Assembly (NCBI GenBank): GCA_017518255.1
Contig: JAFWVK010000083.1
Location: 11,146-75,145, forward strand
Reading direction: 5' to 3'
Length of the DNA stretch: 64,000 nt
DNA from: Oscillospiraceae bacterium
GTDB taxonomy: Bacteria; Bacillota; Clostridia; Oscillospirales; Ruminococcaceae
The notes under the pieces were generated by a model. That model did not search any database, was not told the DNA's origin, and saw only the letters and a program-made list of their open reading frames with translations. A program made the translations under genes and the position numbers. Below are positions 35,722-45,840 of this stretch, piece by piece; the first letter of the stretch is position 1, and each line of letters begins with the position of its first letter.

Positions 35722-37518
35722 ATGAAACAGAGATTGCGAAAAGGCATTGCAGCAGTGCTTTGCACCGCAGTGATGATGCAGGGAACGGGCGCATATCTGA
35801 CGCTGCCTGTCTCCGTAAAGCCGATGACTGTCTCCGCTGCGGAAGCCGACTATCCGTGGAGTACTTATCTCAAAAAGTCGGCAGACTGGTTCGGAACGGG
35901 TGAAGCAATTCAGGTTGCAGAGGACTGCCTGAAATATCAGCTTTCCGAGGGCGGCTGGCAGAAGGGCATGGCGACTGAGCATACCGGAGACTGGTCGCAC
36001 ACGACAATCGACAACGACGCGACAACCTCGCAGATTCGCTTCCTGATGCGCACATATACACAGACAGGTCAGCAGAAATACTATGACGCTGCCATGCGCG
36101 GCGTGGAAGCACTGTTCAAAATGCAGTACAGCAACGGCGGCTATATGCAGTGCATGAATACGCCCGGAACCTATCATGCGCATATCACGCTCAATGACGG
36201 CGCATACGTGCATGTAATGCAGATTATGAAGGAGATGCGCGACAAAACCGGCGATTTCACCACGGTAAACGATGATTATTCCGCAAAAGCTTCCGCCTCG
36301 CTCGAAAAAGCAATTCAGTGCCTTCTGAATATGCAGATTACCGTAAACGGCGTGAAGACGGCATGGTGTCAGCAGCATGACGAATATACGCTTGCACCCG
36401 CTGCCGCCCGCGCTTATGAGCTGCCGTCCGTCTGTACGAGCGAAAGTGCCAGCGTGATACAGTTCCTCTATAAAGAGGCGCAGGAAACAAACCGCGCCGA
36501 TCTGATTCAGAGTGTCAATGCCGCAATTGAGTGGTTCAAAAAGGTGACGCTTTACGGGATTAAATTCGTGACGCAGGGCGATGACAAGGTCGTTGTGCAG
36601 GATCCGAATGCCGATCCGCTCTGGGCGAGATTTTATGATATCGACAAGCAGATTCCGCTGTTCTCCGACCGCGACAGCTCAATCCATTATGATGTCTCGG
36701 AAATCAGTCAGGAGCGCAGAACAGGCTATGCATGGTACGGAAACTGGGGCAAAAACATCGTGAATCTTCCGCTGCTTCAGGAGGTTCCGATTGAGGATCC
36801 GGTCTATACCGGCGAGCTGATTGCCGCACTTCAGGTGCATGACAGGCAAAATGCGGAAAGCTGGAGCATTCAGAAGAATCTGAAAGCCGGCAGCAAGATT
36901 TACGGCGACCGTGATTTTACCGTTACGACACTGAATTCTGCACTGATCGGCGCGGAATTCGTGCAGCCAGCGTGTAATTCCAAGAGCTATAACGGAAATC
37001 TCGCCGAGCTGACTGCCGGCGGCTATATTTCGGTATATGTGCTGATTGACACGCGCCTGCCGTTGGAGCAGGGCATTACGCCGGAATGGCTCAGCGGCTG
37101 GACAGAACACGATGTCTGGGCAACGAGTTCCAATACCGTCAGCTATCAGGTTTTTGAAAAATCGCTGACAACCGGCGAGACCGTGACACTCGGCAGCAAC
37201 GGGACAGATGTCAGCGTTGTGAATTACTTTGTTGCAGCGGTTCCGGCACCGGATATTCAGAATACGACCACAACGACCGAGACAACGACCGAGCCTCCCG
37301 CTGTTTCAAAGCTGACCGGCGATGTTGATGAAAACGGCGAGGTCAATGTTCTGGATGCGGTTATGCTGGCAAGGGTTGTCGCAGAGGATACAACTTCCGG
37401 CGTGACCGATCAGGGCAGAATCAATGCGGAATGCGACGGTCAGAGCGGCATCAGGACAAGTGACCTGACGACACTGCTCAAATATCTTGCCGGTATTATC
37501 ATGGAGTTTCCTGCCTGA
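35722..37518 (+). CDS. Cellulosomal pectate lyase: signal peptide - PL10 (PelA/Pel-15E family) - unassigned beta-rich module - Thr linker - dockerin
   Basis: PL10-like blocks SEGGWQK, TIDNDATT, HITLNDGA and WCQQHDEYTLAPAAARAYELPS..SES. Dockerin GDVDENGEVNVLDAVMLARVVAED...SDLTTLLKYLAGII. Start set at MKQRLRKG after GGGGGAAA. Confidence 0.88.
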   Translation: MKQRLRKGIAAVLCTAVMMQGTGAYLTLPVSVKPMTVSAAEADYPWSTYLKKSADWFGTGEAIQVAEDCLKYQLSEGGWQKGMATEHTGDWSHTTIDNDATTSQIRFLMRTYTQTGQQKYYDAAMRGVEALFKMQYSNGGYMQCMNTPGTYHAHITLNDGAYVHVMQIMKEMRDKTGDFTTVNDDYSAKASASLEKAIQCLLNMQITVNGVKTAWCQQHDEYTLAPAAARAYELPSVCTSESASVIQFLYKEAQETNRADLIQSVNAAIEWFKKVTLYGIKFVTQGDDKVVVQDPNADPLWARFYDIDKQIPLFSDRDSSIHYDVSEISQERRTGYAWYGNWGKNIVNLPLLQEVPIEDPVYTGELIAALQVHDRQNAESWSIQKNLKAGSKIYGDRDFTVTTLNSALIGAEFVQPACNSKSYNGNLAELTAGGYISVYVLIDTRLPLEQGITPEWLSGWTEHDVWATSSNTVSYQVFEKSLTTGETVTLGSNGTDVSVVNYFVAAVPAPDIQNTTTTTETTTEPPAVSKLTGDVDENGEVNVLDAVMLARVVAEDTTSGVTDQGRINAECDGQSGIRTSDLTTLLKYLAGIIMEFPA

Positions 37519-37551
37519 TTTGTGCATGGTGACGAAAGTGCAGCTTTTCTC

Positions 37552-37800
37552 TTGACATAAGATACAGAATCAGGTAAAATAATGAACGGATTGCAAGCGG
37601 AACAGACTGTTCTCACCGTCAGCGCAGAAAGCAAAACGGTAATCTGATTTCATCGGTTCAGACACAGCAGCATTTATGCGTAACTGTGCGGTATAGAACG
37701 TGAAGCAGAGAGTGCAGACAGGGAATCCCGCTGCACTCTCTGCGTTTTTTCATTCATTCGCAGTGTATGCCGCTTTTTGATGCAAAACTTGAGGAGGTGC
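37552..37800 (+). promoter_or_regulatory. infC-rpmI-rplT promoter plus L20-leader-type attenuator region
   Basis: TTGACA, 17 nt spacer, TAAAAT at 37552-37580. A leader of about 220 nt ends in a terminator hairpin just upstream of infC. This arrangement is known for the Firmicutes L20 leader. Confidence 0.6.
37705..37750 (+). terminator. Leader (attenuator) terminator upstream of infC
   Basis: 13-bp perfect stem GCAGAGAGTGCAG / CTGCACTCTCTGC followed by GTTTTTT. Confidence 0.75.
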
Positions 37801-37806
37801 TTGGCG

Positions 37807-38418
37807 ATTAGCAAGCAGGAATTGCAAATCAATGAGGAAATCCGTGACCGTGAGGTGCTGGTCATTGATGCCGATAACTCGAAAAAAGGCGTGATGTCCG
37901 CAAAGGACGCGCAAAAGCTCGCCTTCGATCAGAATCTGGATCTGGTGAAGATCGCACCGCAGGCAACACCGCCTGTCTGCCGGATTATGGACTACGGCAA
38001 GTATTGCTTCGAGCAGCAGAAACGCGAAAAAGAAGCGCGGAAAAATCAGCGCATTGTGGAAATTAAGGAGATCCGGATGTTCTCCGCAATTGATACTCAT
38101 GACTTTGAAACCAAGGTCGCACAGGGAAAGAAGTTTCTTCAGGGCGGCGACAAGGTCAAAGTATCGGTTCGGTTCCGCAAGCGCGCCATCGCGCACCCGC
38201 ATCTCGGCGAGGAACTGCTGATGCGCTACCGCGATGAGGTCGGCGACATAGCATCGGTCGATAAGCCGCCGAAAATGGAGGGCAGAGCAATCGTGATGTT
38301 CATGTCACCCAAGCAGCAGAAATCCGAAAAGCCGGATAAGGGGCAGAAAAAAGCGCCCAAGCCCGCTCCTGCGGCAGCAGAGCCGGCACCGGCAGCAGCG
38401 GAAGAACCGGAAACCTGA
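37807..38418 (+). CDS. infC: Translation initiation factor IF-3 (probable ATT start; Pro/Ala-rich C-terminal tail)
   Basis: (I)SKQELQINEEIRDREVLVID... aligns with the IF-3 N-terminus. GAGGAGG lies 9 nt upstream of the ATT at 37807. In-frame TTG 37801 and ATG 37780 are alternatives. Confidence 0.9.
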   Translation: MSKQELQINEEIRDREVLVIDADNSKKGVMSAKDAQKLAFDQNLDLVKIAPQATPPVCRIMDYGKYCFEQQKREKEARKNQRIVEIKEIRMFSAIDTHDFETKVAQGKKFLQGGDKVKVSVRFRKRAIAHPHLGEELLMRYRDEVGDIASVDKPPKMEGRAIVMFMSPKQQKSEKPDKGQKKAPKPAPAAAEPAPAAAEEPET

Positions 38419-38480
38419 TATGCAGCGCTGCCGCGATGCAGCGCATTCATATATAACGAAAATTCAAGGAGGACGAATCC

Positions 38481-38699
38481 ATGGCAGCCGTAAAGGTTAA
38501 GAAGATTAAAGTGAAGACACACTCCGGTGCGAAGAAGCGCTTTCAGGTCACCGGCAGCGGAAAGGTGAAGTTCCAGCACGCTTATAAGCGTCATCGTCTT
38601 GTCTCGAAGGACAAGAAGGTAAAGCGCATTGCGAGAAATGCAGGTGTTGCAAGCGTCGCGAATGCACCGACCATCCGCGAGATGGTTCCCTATAAGTAA
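38481..38699 (+). CDS. rpmI: 50S ribosomal protein L35
   Basis: [17 protein letters not shown] core, with AAGGAGG 8 nt upstream. Confidence 0.95.
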   Translation: MAAVKVKKIKVKTHSGAKKRFQVTGSGKVKFQHAYKRHRLVSKDKKVKRIARNAGVASVANAPTIREMVPYK

Positions 38700-38779
38700 T
38701 CCGCAAAAACAGGGATTACCGGAAACTGAACGTTTGCCGCGGATTGCCGCGGAGATTATGATTACGGAGGATAAAGAAC

Positions 38780-39133
38780 ATGGCTCGTATTAAGGGCGCA
38801 ATGATGACGCGCAAGAGAAGAAATAAGGTCCTGAGACTCGCAAAGGGTTATTGGGGCAGCAAATCCAAGCACTTCAAGATGGCGAAGCAGGCTGTCATGA
38901 AGTCCGGTCAGTATGCATATATCGGCAGAAAGCAGAATAAGCGCTTTTTCCGCAGACTGTGGATTACCCGTATTTCTGCTGCCTGCAAGCTCAACGGCAT
39001 GAACTATTCTACGTTCATGAACGGTGTGAATAAGGCTGGCATCACGCTCAACCGTAAGATGCTTTCCGAGATTGCCATTCATGATCCGGCTGGCTTCACC
39101 GCAATTGTCGAAAAGGCAAAGGCAGCTCTGTAA
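38780..39133 (+). CDS. rplT: 50S ribosomal protein L20
   Basis: [26 protein letters not shown] is canonical L20. Confidence 0.97.
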   Translation: MARIKGAMMTRKRRNKVLRLAKGYWGSKSKHFKMAKQAVMKSGQYAYIGRKQNKRFFRRLWITRISAACKLNGMNYSTFMNGVNKAGITLNRKMLSEIAIHDPAGFTAIVEKAKAAL

Positions 39134-39145
39134 TGAATATCATCG

Positions 39146-39190
39146 AACACGCTCTCCCGGAAACCGTCAGAGCGTGTTTGTGTTTGTTTG
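39146..39190 (+). terminator. Intrinsic terminator after rplT
   Basis: AACACGCTCT / AGAGCGTGTT stem followed by TGTGTTTGTTTGG. Confidence 0.7.
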
Positions 39191-39212
39191 GCGGCATGGA
39201 AAGGAGCGGCGA

Positions 39213-40022
39213 ATGATGCTGCAATCAGGCGAATTTCTGCAAACCGGCACGAAACATAAAACCGTTTCTGCATTCCGGCATCTGAATACAAGCCGGAATT
39301 ATCGCGAAAAAACGCGCCTGTTTGCAATGGAGGGTGCAAGACTGGTTCTGGATGCGCTGCAGTCCGGCGTGACTGTGCAGGCGCTGCTGCTGACCGCACA
39401 TGCAGCGGAGCAGTACGGGGAGACTTTTTCTCACGCAGCACCGGGTGTCAGGACACTGTATTTGTCCGATTCGCTTGCAGCGGAGATTTCGGATACCGAA
39501 CATGCGCAGGGTGTGTTTGCAGTCGCGGAAATGCTTCCGGAACGGACAATGAGCCCGAAACAGGGCGATTACTGTATGCTGCTGCATCAGGTTCAGGATC
39601 CGTCCAATCTCGGTGCGGTGCTCCGGACTGCGGAGGCGCTCGGAACAGACGGGCTGTATCTTTACCAGTGCGTTGATCTGTATAATCCGAAAACAGTTCG
39701 CAGCAGCATGGGCGCACTGTTCCGTGTGCCGCTTGTCAGAATCCGGAATATGGAACAGTTCTTTTCAGACTGTGCAAATGCCGGTGTGCAGACCTGTGCC
39801 GCAGTAGTGGACCGCGATGCCGGTCTGCTCGGTACGTTTCCTTTTGCGGGAGAGTTTCCCGGCGGGGCGTGCGTACTGATCGGCAATGAAGGCAGCGGAC
39901 TGCCGCAGACCGTCAGTTCCGCTTGCAGCCGCAAGCTCACAATTCCGATGTCTCCCGCTTCCAATTCTCTGAATGCCGCTGTGGCAGCCGGACTGTTTCT
40001 TTGGGAGATGGCAAGAAAATAA
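39213..40022 (+). CDS. TrmH/SpoU-family RNA 2'-O-methyltransferase
   Basis: SpoU motifs VQDPSNLGAVLRTAEALG, IGNEGSGL and SLNAAVAAG. Start set after AAAGGAG. Confidence 0.88.
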   Translation: MMLQSGEFLQTGTKHKTVSAFRHLNTSRNYREKTRLFAMEGARLVLDALQSGVTVQALLLTAHAAEQYGETFSHAAPGVRTLYLSDSLAAEISDTEHAQGVFAVAEMLPERTMSPKQGDYCMLLHQVQDPSNLGAVLRTAEALGTDGLYLYQCVDLYNPKTVRSSMGALFRVPLVRIRNMEQFFSDCANAGVQTCAAVVDRDAGLLGTFPFAGEFPGGACVLIGNEGSGLPQTVSSACSRKLTIPMSPASNSLNAAVAAGLFLWEMARK

Positions 40023-40097
40023 ACCGAAATGATGATCCGGGAATACGGAAGCAGCTTTTGTGCGGTTCCGGTTTCCGGTACAGACAGGAGTGTGCAG

Positions 40098-41357
40098 ATG
40101 ATGGATCAGCAGACGCTCTGTGATCAGCCCGAACTGCTGCGCTACTGGGTATGGCTTTCGCTGGTGTTCGGTGCTGGCAATCCTGAACTGTTTCGCTTTC
40201 TCCGTGACGGGCAGCCGCCCGATGCCGTGTATGATGCCATGCAGGCAGGAAAGCTCCGCAGACTTTCGCAGAGTACCGTAAAAGAAATGGCGGGGCATAC
40301 GCTCAGTGAAGCGGACAGCATTGTGTATTACTGCAAGTCGCACGGGATTCTGCTGCTGCCGATAAGCAGCCCGTATTACCCCGAAGAACTGCGCAGCATA
40401 CCGGCACCGCCGGTTCTGCTGACGGCAAAGGGAAATCCGGAACTGCTGACGATGCCGCAAAAGCTTGCAGTCGTCGGGACAAGACACCCTTCTCCGTATA
40501 CGGAGGAGGTCACTGCCGCGATGATTGCCGGCCTGAAAGGGCATGAGATCGCAATAGTCAGCGGTTTTGCGAAAGGGATCGACACGCTCGCGCATACAGC
40601 GGCTCTGAACAGCGGTCTGCCGACAATTGCCGTGCTGGGCTGCGGTATCAACGTGAATTATCCGCGGGAAAACGCGCAGCTCCGGGACAGGATGCTGACG
40701 TGCGGCAGCGGCTTGTTTCTCTCGGAATATATGCCCGGCGTTCAGCCGTTCCCTGCGAATTTTCCGAAGCGAAACCGTATCCTGAGCGGACTGTGCTATG
40801 CAACGGCTGTTATGGAGGCAGCGGCGCGGAGCGGTTCGCTTGTGACAGCACGCTGTGCGCTGGAGCAGGGCAGAGAGGTACTGTGTGTACCGCCTGCCAA
40901 TCTCTTCGATCCGCGTTATGCAGGCGTAATTCCGTTTCTGCGGGAGGGCGCAGCGCCGCTGATGAGCCCGGATGACCTGCTCACGCAGTATGATTCCTAT
41001 TATCCGCCCGTTCCGTCTGCTGCGGTATCGGATGCAGAGGATGAGGAAGAACAGACGCTCCTGACCGTGACGGATGAGATTGCAAGAAATGAAACAGAAG
41101 CGGCTGTGCCGGTGTCAAAACCTGCCGACAGGAAATCTGAAAATAATGAATACCCGCTGCCGGAGGATCCGCAGGAGCAGAGAATTGTCCGCTTTCTGCG
41201 GGAAAACGGAGAACGGTATGCGGATGATATTGCCGATGCACTGGATATGGATTTGTCAGAGCTGCTGAATGCGCTGCTCATGCTGGAGCTTTCAGGCTTT
41301 GTGGAATCTATGTTCGGAAAACAGTACCGCGCAGTGCAGCCCGGAATATCGGGCTGA
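40098..41357 (+). CDS. dprA: DNA-processing protein DprA (with long linker and C-terminal winged-helix)
   Basis: GFAKGIDTLAHTAAL and Rossmann-like core. Sits upstream of topA as in many Firmicutes. Confidence 0.9.
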   Translation: MMDQQTLCDQPELLRYWVWLSLVFGAGNPELFRFLRDGQPPDAVYDAMQAGKLRRLSQSTVKEMAGHTLSEADSIVYYCKSHGILLLPISSPYYPEELRSIPAPPVLLTAKGNPELLTMPQKLAVVGTRHPSPYTEEVTAAMIAGLKGHEIAIVSGFAKGIDTLAHTAALNSGLPTIAVLGCGINVNYPRENAQLRDRMLTCGSGLFLSEYMPGVQPFPANFPKRNRILSGLCYATAVMEAAARSGSLVTARCALEQGREVLCVPPANLFDPRYAGVIPFLREGAAPLMSPDDLLTQYDSYYPPVPSAAVSDAEDEEEQTLLTVTDEIARNETEAAVPVSKPADRKSENNEYPLPEDPQEQRIVRFLRENGERYADDIADALDMDLSELLNALLMLELSGFVESMFGKQYRAVQPGISG

Positions 41358-41385
41358 AATCCCTTTTCAGAGGAAGGATAGAAAC

Positions 41386-43467
41386 ATGTCAGAACTCGTG
41401 ATTGTTGAGTCGCCTGCAAAGGCGAAAACCATTCAGAAATATCTCGGAAGCGGCTTTGAGGTTGTTGCCTCTATGGGGCATGTGCGGGATTTGCCGAAAT
41501 CCAAGCTGAGCGTGGATATCGAGCATAATTTTGAGCCGACCTATATTGAGATGAAGGGCAAGGAAGATGTTATCAAGGATCTGCGCTCCCGCGCCAAAAA
41601 GAGCAGCCGCGTCTGGCTCGCAACGGACCCGGACCGCGAGGGAGAAGCGATTTCATGGCATCTGGCACAGCTGCTCGGTCTGGATATCGAACAGAATAAC
41701 CGCGTGGAGTTCAATGAAATCACAAAAACCGGCGTGCAGGCGGGCATGTCGCATCCGCATAAGATTGATCTCGATCTGGTGAATGCGCAGCAGGCAAGAC
41801 GTATCCTTGACCGGATTGTCGGCTATCAGCTCAGCCCGTTCCTCTGGCGGAAAATCCGCAGAGGCCTTTCTGCCGGCAGAGTGCAGTCTGTTGCGGTGCG
41901 TCTGGTAGTGGACAGAGAAAATGAAATCCGTGCATTTCAGCCGCGTGAATACTGGTCGGTCGATGCCAAAATGACCGCAAAATCATCCAGAAAAGTGTTT
42001 TCCGCGCATCTGGCGGAGATCGGCGGGAAAAAGGCGGAGCTTGCAACCGGCGCAGAGGCAGATGCAATCCTGAAATCTCTGGATCATGCGGAATATACTG
42101 TAAAATCCGTGAAAAAGCGCGTCACAAGCAGACAGCCTGCACCGCCGTTCATCACATCAACCCTGCAGCAGGAGGCGTCCCGCCGTATGGGCTTTCAGGC
42201 GCGCCGCACAATGAAGGCGGCTCAGGAGCTTTATGAAGGCGTGGAAATTCCGGAGCTCGGCGCAGTCGGTCTGATTACCTATATGCGTACCGATTCGCTG
42301 CGCATCTCCGATGAGGCAAAGGCGGCGGCGGCGGATTATATCCGCGAGGCATACGGTAAGCAGTATCTGCCTGCCGCACCGCGCAGCTTCAAAACGAAAA
42401 AGGGCGCTCAGGATGCGCATGAAGCCATCCGCCCGACCATGCCGAATCTGACGCCCGACCGCGTGAAGAACAGTCTGACGCAGGATCAGTATAAGCTCTA
42501 TAAGCTGATTTGGGAACGCTTTATCGCCAGCCAGATGGCTAACAGTCAACTGGATACGGTTTCTGCGGAGATTACGGCAAACGACTGCCTGTTCCGCGCA
42601 TCGGGATACAGTGTGAAATTTGACGGATTTACGCGCCTTTATGTCGAAGCAAAGGACGGCGCGCAGAGTGAAGAGGAAAATAAGGAGCTGCCGCCGCTGA
42701 CGGAAGGCGAACAGCTCAAGCTGAAATCTATTACCGGAAATCAGCACTTTACGCAGCCGCCTTCGCGGTATACCGAAGCGACGCTGATTAAGGCGATGGA
42801 AGAAAACGGAATCGGCAGACCGAGTACCTATGCGGCAACGGTCGGCACAATTCTTTCCCGTATGTATGTTGAACGGGACGGCAAGCAGCTCCGGCCGACT
42901 TCCCTCGGAGAGGTGACGACCGAGCTGATGAAGGATCAGTTCAAGCAGATCGTAGACGTAAAATTTACTGCGGAAATGGAAAGCGATCTCGACGGCGTGG
43001 AACAGGGTGAGACCGACTGGGTCGAGTCCCTCCGCAAGTTCTATGACGGCTTTGAGAAAACACTGAGCAGCGCCGAGAAAGCTATGGACGGCAAGCGTCT
43101 GCGCGTGCCGGACGAGGAAACCGATGAAGTCTGCGAGCTTTGCGGAAAGCCGATGGTCATCAAAATCGGCAGATTCGGCAAATTCCTTGCCTGCTCCGGA
43201 TTCCCGGACTGCCGCAATACCAAGAAAATTGTCACGCCGACCAAGGGCTTCTGCCCGGTCTGCGGGAAGAAAATTATTCTCAAAAAATCAAAAAAGGGCA
43301 GGAGCTTCTACGGATGCGAGGGCTATCCGGAGTGTACCTTTATGACATGGAGTACGCCGGTTGAGGATCGCTGCCCGAAATGCGGCAACACGCTCTTTAA
43401 GAAGGGCGGAAGAGCCGGCAAGCTGGTTTGTGAGAAACCGGACTGCGGCTACGAGCGGCCGCTGTGA
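41386..43467 (+). CDS. topA: DNA topoisomerase I
   Basis: Toprim start MSELVIVESPAKAKTIQKYLG, active-site region, and three C-terminal Cys4 zinc ribbons. Confidence 0.97.
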   Translation: MSELVIVESPAKAKTIQKYLGSGFEVVASMGHVRDLPKSKLSVDIEHNFEPTYIEMKGKEDVIKDLRSRAKKSSRVWLATDPDREGEAISWHLAQLLGLDIEQNNRVEFNEITKTGVQAGMSHPHKIDLDLVNAQQARRILDRIVGYQLSPFLWRKIRRGLSAGRVQSVAVRLVVDRENEIRAFQPREYWSVDAKMTAKSSRKVFSAHLAEIGGKKAELATGAEADAILKSLDHAEYTVKSVKKRVTSRQPAPPFITSTLQQEASRRMGFQARRTMKAAQELYEGVEIPELGAVGLITYMRTDSLRISDEAKAAAADYIREAYGKQYLPAAPRSFKTKKGAQDAHEAIRPTMPNLTPDRVKNSLTQDQYKLYKLIWERFIASQMANSQLDTVSAEITANDCLFRASGYSVKFDGFTRLYVEAKDGAQSEEENKELPPLTEGEQLKLKSITGNQHFTQPPSRYTEATLIKAMEENGIGRPSTYAATVGTILSRMYVERDGKQLRPTSLGEVTTELMKDQFKQIVDVKFTAEMESDLDGVEQGETDWVESLRKFYDGFEKTLSSAEKAMDGKRLRVPDEETDEVCELCGKPMVIKIGRFGKFLACSGFPDCRNTKKIVTPTKGFCPVCGKKIILKKSKKGRSFYGCEGYPECTFMTWSTPVEDRCPKCGNTLFKKGGRAGKLVCEKPDCGYERPL

Positions 43468-44780
43468 GCAGCGGTGTTACGGTTGTCGGCGCAGGACTTG
43501 CAGGATGTGAGGCAGCGTGGGCAATTGCACAGGCGGGGATACCGGTTACACTCTGCGAAATGAAGCCGGAAAAGTATTCTCCGGCACATCATTCCGAGAA
43601 TTTCGCAGAGCTGGTCTGTTCCAATTCGCTGAAAGCATCGCGGATTGATTCCGCAGCCGGTCTGCTCAAGGAGGAGATGCGGCGGCTGGGGTCGCTGCTG
43701 GTGCCGTGTGCGGAGGAATGTGCCGTGGAAGCCGGCGGTGCGCTTGCAGTTGACCGGCACCGCTTCTCGGAACTTGTGACCGAAAAAATCACTGCACACC
43801 CGATGATCCGTGTGAACAAGGGCGAGGTTACAGCGATTCCGGCGGGTGAGGTCATCATCGCAACCGGTCCGCTGACCTCCGAGGCGCTGCATCAGCCGAT
43901 TGCCGAGCTGACAGGGAAATCCCTGTATTTCTATGATGCCGCCGCGCCGATTGTGACAGGAGAAAGTATCTCGACGGAGCGCGCTTTTTTTGCATCGCGC
44001 TATGACAAGGGAACGGCGGATTATCTCAACTGCCCGATGACAAAGGAAGAATATCTTGCATTCTACGATGCGCTGATTCATGCGGAATCCGCACCGCTGC
44101 ACGATTTTGAGCAGGACGGACTGCGGGTTTATGAGGGCTGTATGCCGGTCGAGGTACTGGCAAAGCGCGGTGAGGATGCGATTCGCTACGGCATGATGAA
44201 GCCCGTCGGACTGCGCGATCCGCGCACCGGTCTCAGACCGTATGCCGCGGTGCAGCTCCGGAAGGAGAACCGCGAGGGGACGCTCTGGAATCTTGTCGGC
44301 TTTCAGACAAATCTGAAATGGGGCGAACAGAAGCGCGTTTTTTCGATGATTCCGGGACTGGAACACGCGGAGTTCGTCCGATACGGCGTTATGCACCGGA
44401 ACAGTTTTCTCGATTCCCCGAAGCTGCTGAATCCGGATTATTCCCTGCGTTCATGCAGCCGGATCCGCTTTGCCGGACAGATGACCGGCGTCGAAGGATA
44501 TATGGAATCCGCCGGCAGCGGAATCCTTGCGGGAATGAATGCCGTCCGTGCAATTCGCGGTGAAAAGCCGCTGATTCTGCCGCGGGAAACGATGCTCGGT
44601 GCGCTGACAGCGTACATCACAGACCCCTATACCGAGAATTTGCAGCCGATGGGTGCAAATATGGGCATTCTGCCGATGCTCGACGGGAAATTCCGCGGAA
44701 AGGACGGCAAGCAGCGCAAGTATCAGGCATATGCCGACAGGGCACTTGCGGCGCTGGAGCAGGTGTTTTGCGCAGAGTGA
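43464..44780 (+). CDS. trmFO: Methylenetetrahydrofolate--tRNA-(uracil-5-)-methyltransferase TrmFO
   Basis: FAD-binding VVGAGLAGCEAAW and a GTGA overlap with topA. Confidence 0.95.
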   Translation: MSSGVTVVGAGLAGCEAAWAIAQAGIPVTLCEMKPEKYSPAHHSENFAELVCSNSLKASRIDSAAGLLKEEMRRLGSLLVPCAEECAVEAGGALAVDRHRFSELVTEKITAHPMIRVNKGEVTAIPAGEVIIATGPLTSEALHQPIAELTGKSLYFYDAAAPIVTGESISTERAFFASRYDKGTADYLNCPMTKEEYLAFYDALIHAESAPLHDFEQDGLRVYEGCMPVEVLAKRGEDAIRYGMMKPVGLRDPRTGLRPYAAVQLRKENREGTLWNLVGFQTNLKWGEQKRVFSMIPGLEHAEFVRYGVMHRNSFLDSPKLLNPDYSLRSCSRIRFAGQMTGVEGYMESAGSGILAGMNAVRAIRGEKPLILPRETMLGALTAYITDPYTENLQPMGANMGILPMLDGKFRGKDGKQRKYQAYADRALAALEQVFCAE

Positions 44781-44809
44781 TGAAAGCACAGCAATAAAGA
44801 GGGATAGAG

Positions 44810-45817
44810 ATGAAAATATTATTGGATGCAATGGGCGGCGATTATGCGCCGCTTGCAGCGATGGAGGGCGCGGCGCGAGCCGTAAAGGAACTCGGCGTCG
44901 AGGTTGTGCTCTGCGGAGACGAAAACCGGATCAGGGCACTGGCGTCCGAAAAGAATATTCCCATGAACGGCATTTCGGTGCTTCATACGACGGAAGTCAT
45001 CACAATGGAGGATCAGCCGACGGATGTCGTCAAATCGAAGAAAAACTGCTCAATGGCGCTCGGACTGGAAGCGCTGAAAAACGGCGAGGGCGATGCGTTT
45101 GTCTCCGCCGGCAATTCCGGTGCGCTGCTGGTCGGTGCAACGATGATTCCGCGCAGAATCAAGGGGATCAAGCGCGCCGCAATGGCACCGATTCTCCCGA
45201 CGGCTGCCGGTCATGCGATTCTCATGGACGGCGGTGCGAATGTTGAATGCAGACCGGAAATGCTGGAACAGTTCGGCATTATGGGCAGCATCTATATGGA
45301 AAAGGTTATGGAACTCAATATGCCGCGTGTCGCGCTGATTAACAACGGAGCGGAGGAATGCAAGGGCAGAGAGCTTGAGCAGGAGGCATATGCGCTGATG
45401 AAAAAGGCGGATATCAATTTCATCGGCAATATTGAGGGCAGAGAGATTCCCGCAGGTATCGCGGATGTCCTTGTTACGGACGGTTTTACCGGTAATATTG
45501 TCCTGAAGCTTTATGAGGGCATGGGTAAATTCTTTGCCGGAAAAATGAAGGAGCTTTTCTCCGGCGTCGGAAAGCTCGGCGGACTGTTTATGATGGACAA
45601 GCTGAGCAATTTTAAGGATACGTTTGATTACAAAAAGGTCGGCGGCGCGGTGCTGCTCGGTATTGCAAAGCCGGTTATCAAAGCACACGGCAGCTCTGAC
45701 GGAGAGGCATTCTTCCATGCGGTCAGGCAGGCGAAAAACTGCGTGGACGGCAGAGTCTGCGAGACCATCACAGAGGCGCTCGCCGCAAGAAAGACTGCGG
45801 AGCAGAGCGGGGAATAA
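44810..45817 (+). CDS. plsX: Phosphate acyltransferase PlsX
   Basis: MKILLDAMGGDYAP start and GFTGNIVLK motif. Confidence 0.95.
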   Translation: MKILLDAMGGDYAPLAAMEGAARAVKELGVEVVLCGDENRIRALASEKNIPMNGISVLHTTEVITMEDQPTDVVKSKKNCSMALGLEALKNGEGDAFVSAGNSGALLVGATMIPRRIKGIKRAAMAPILPTAAGHAILMDGGANVECRPEMLEQFGIMGSIYMEKVMELNMPRVALINNGAEECKGRELEQEAYALMKKADINFIGNIEGREIPAGIADVLVTDGFTGNIVLKLYEGMGKFFAGKMKELFSGVGKLGGLFMMDKLSNFKDTFDYKKVGGAVLLGIAKPVIKAHGSSDGEAFFHAVRQAKNCVDGRVCETITEALAARKTAEQSGE

Positions 45818-45840
45818 ACAGCAAAGGGGGCATCCGTGCC

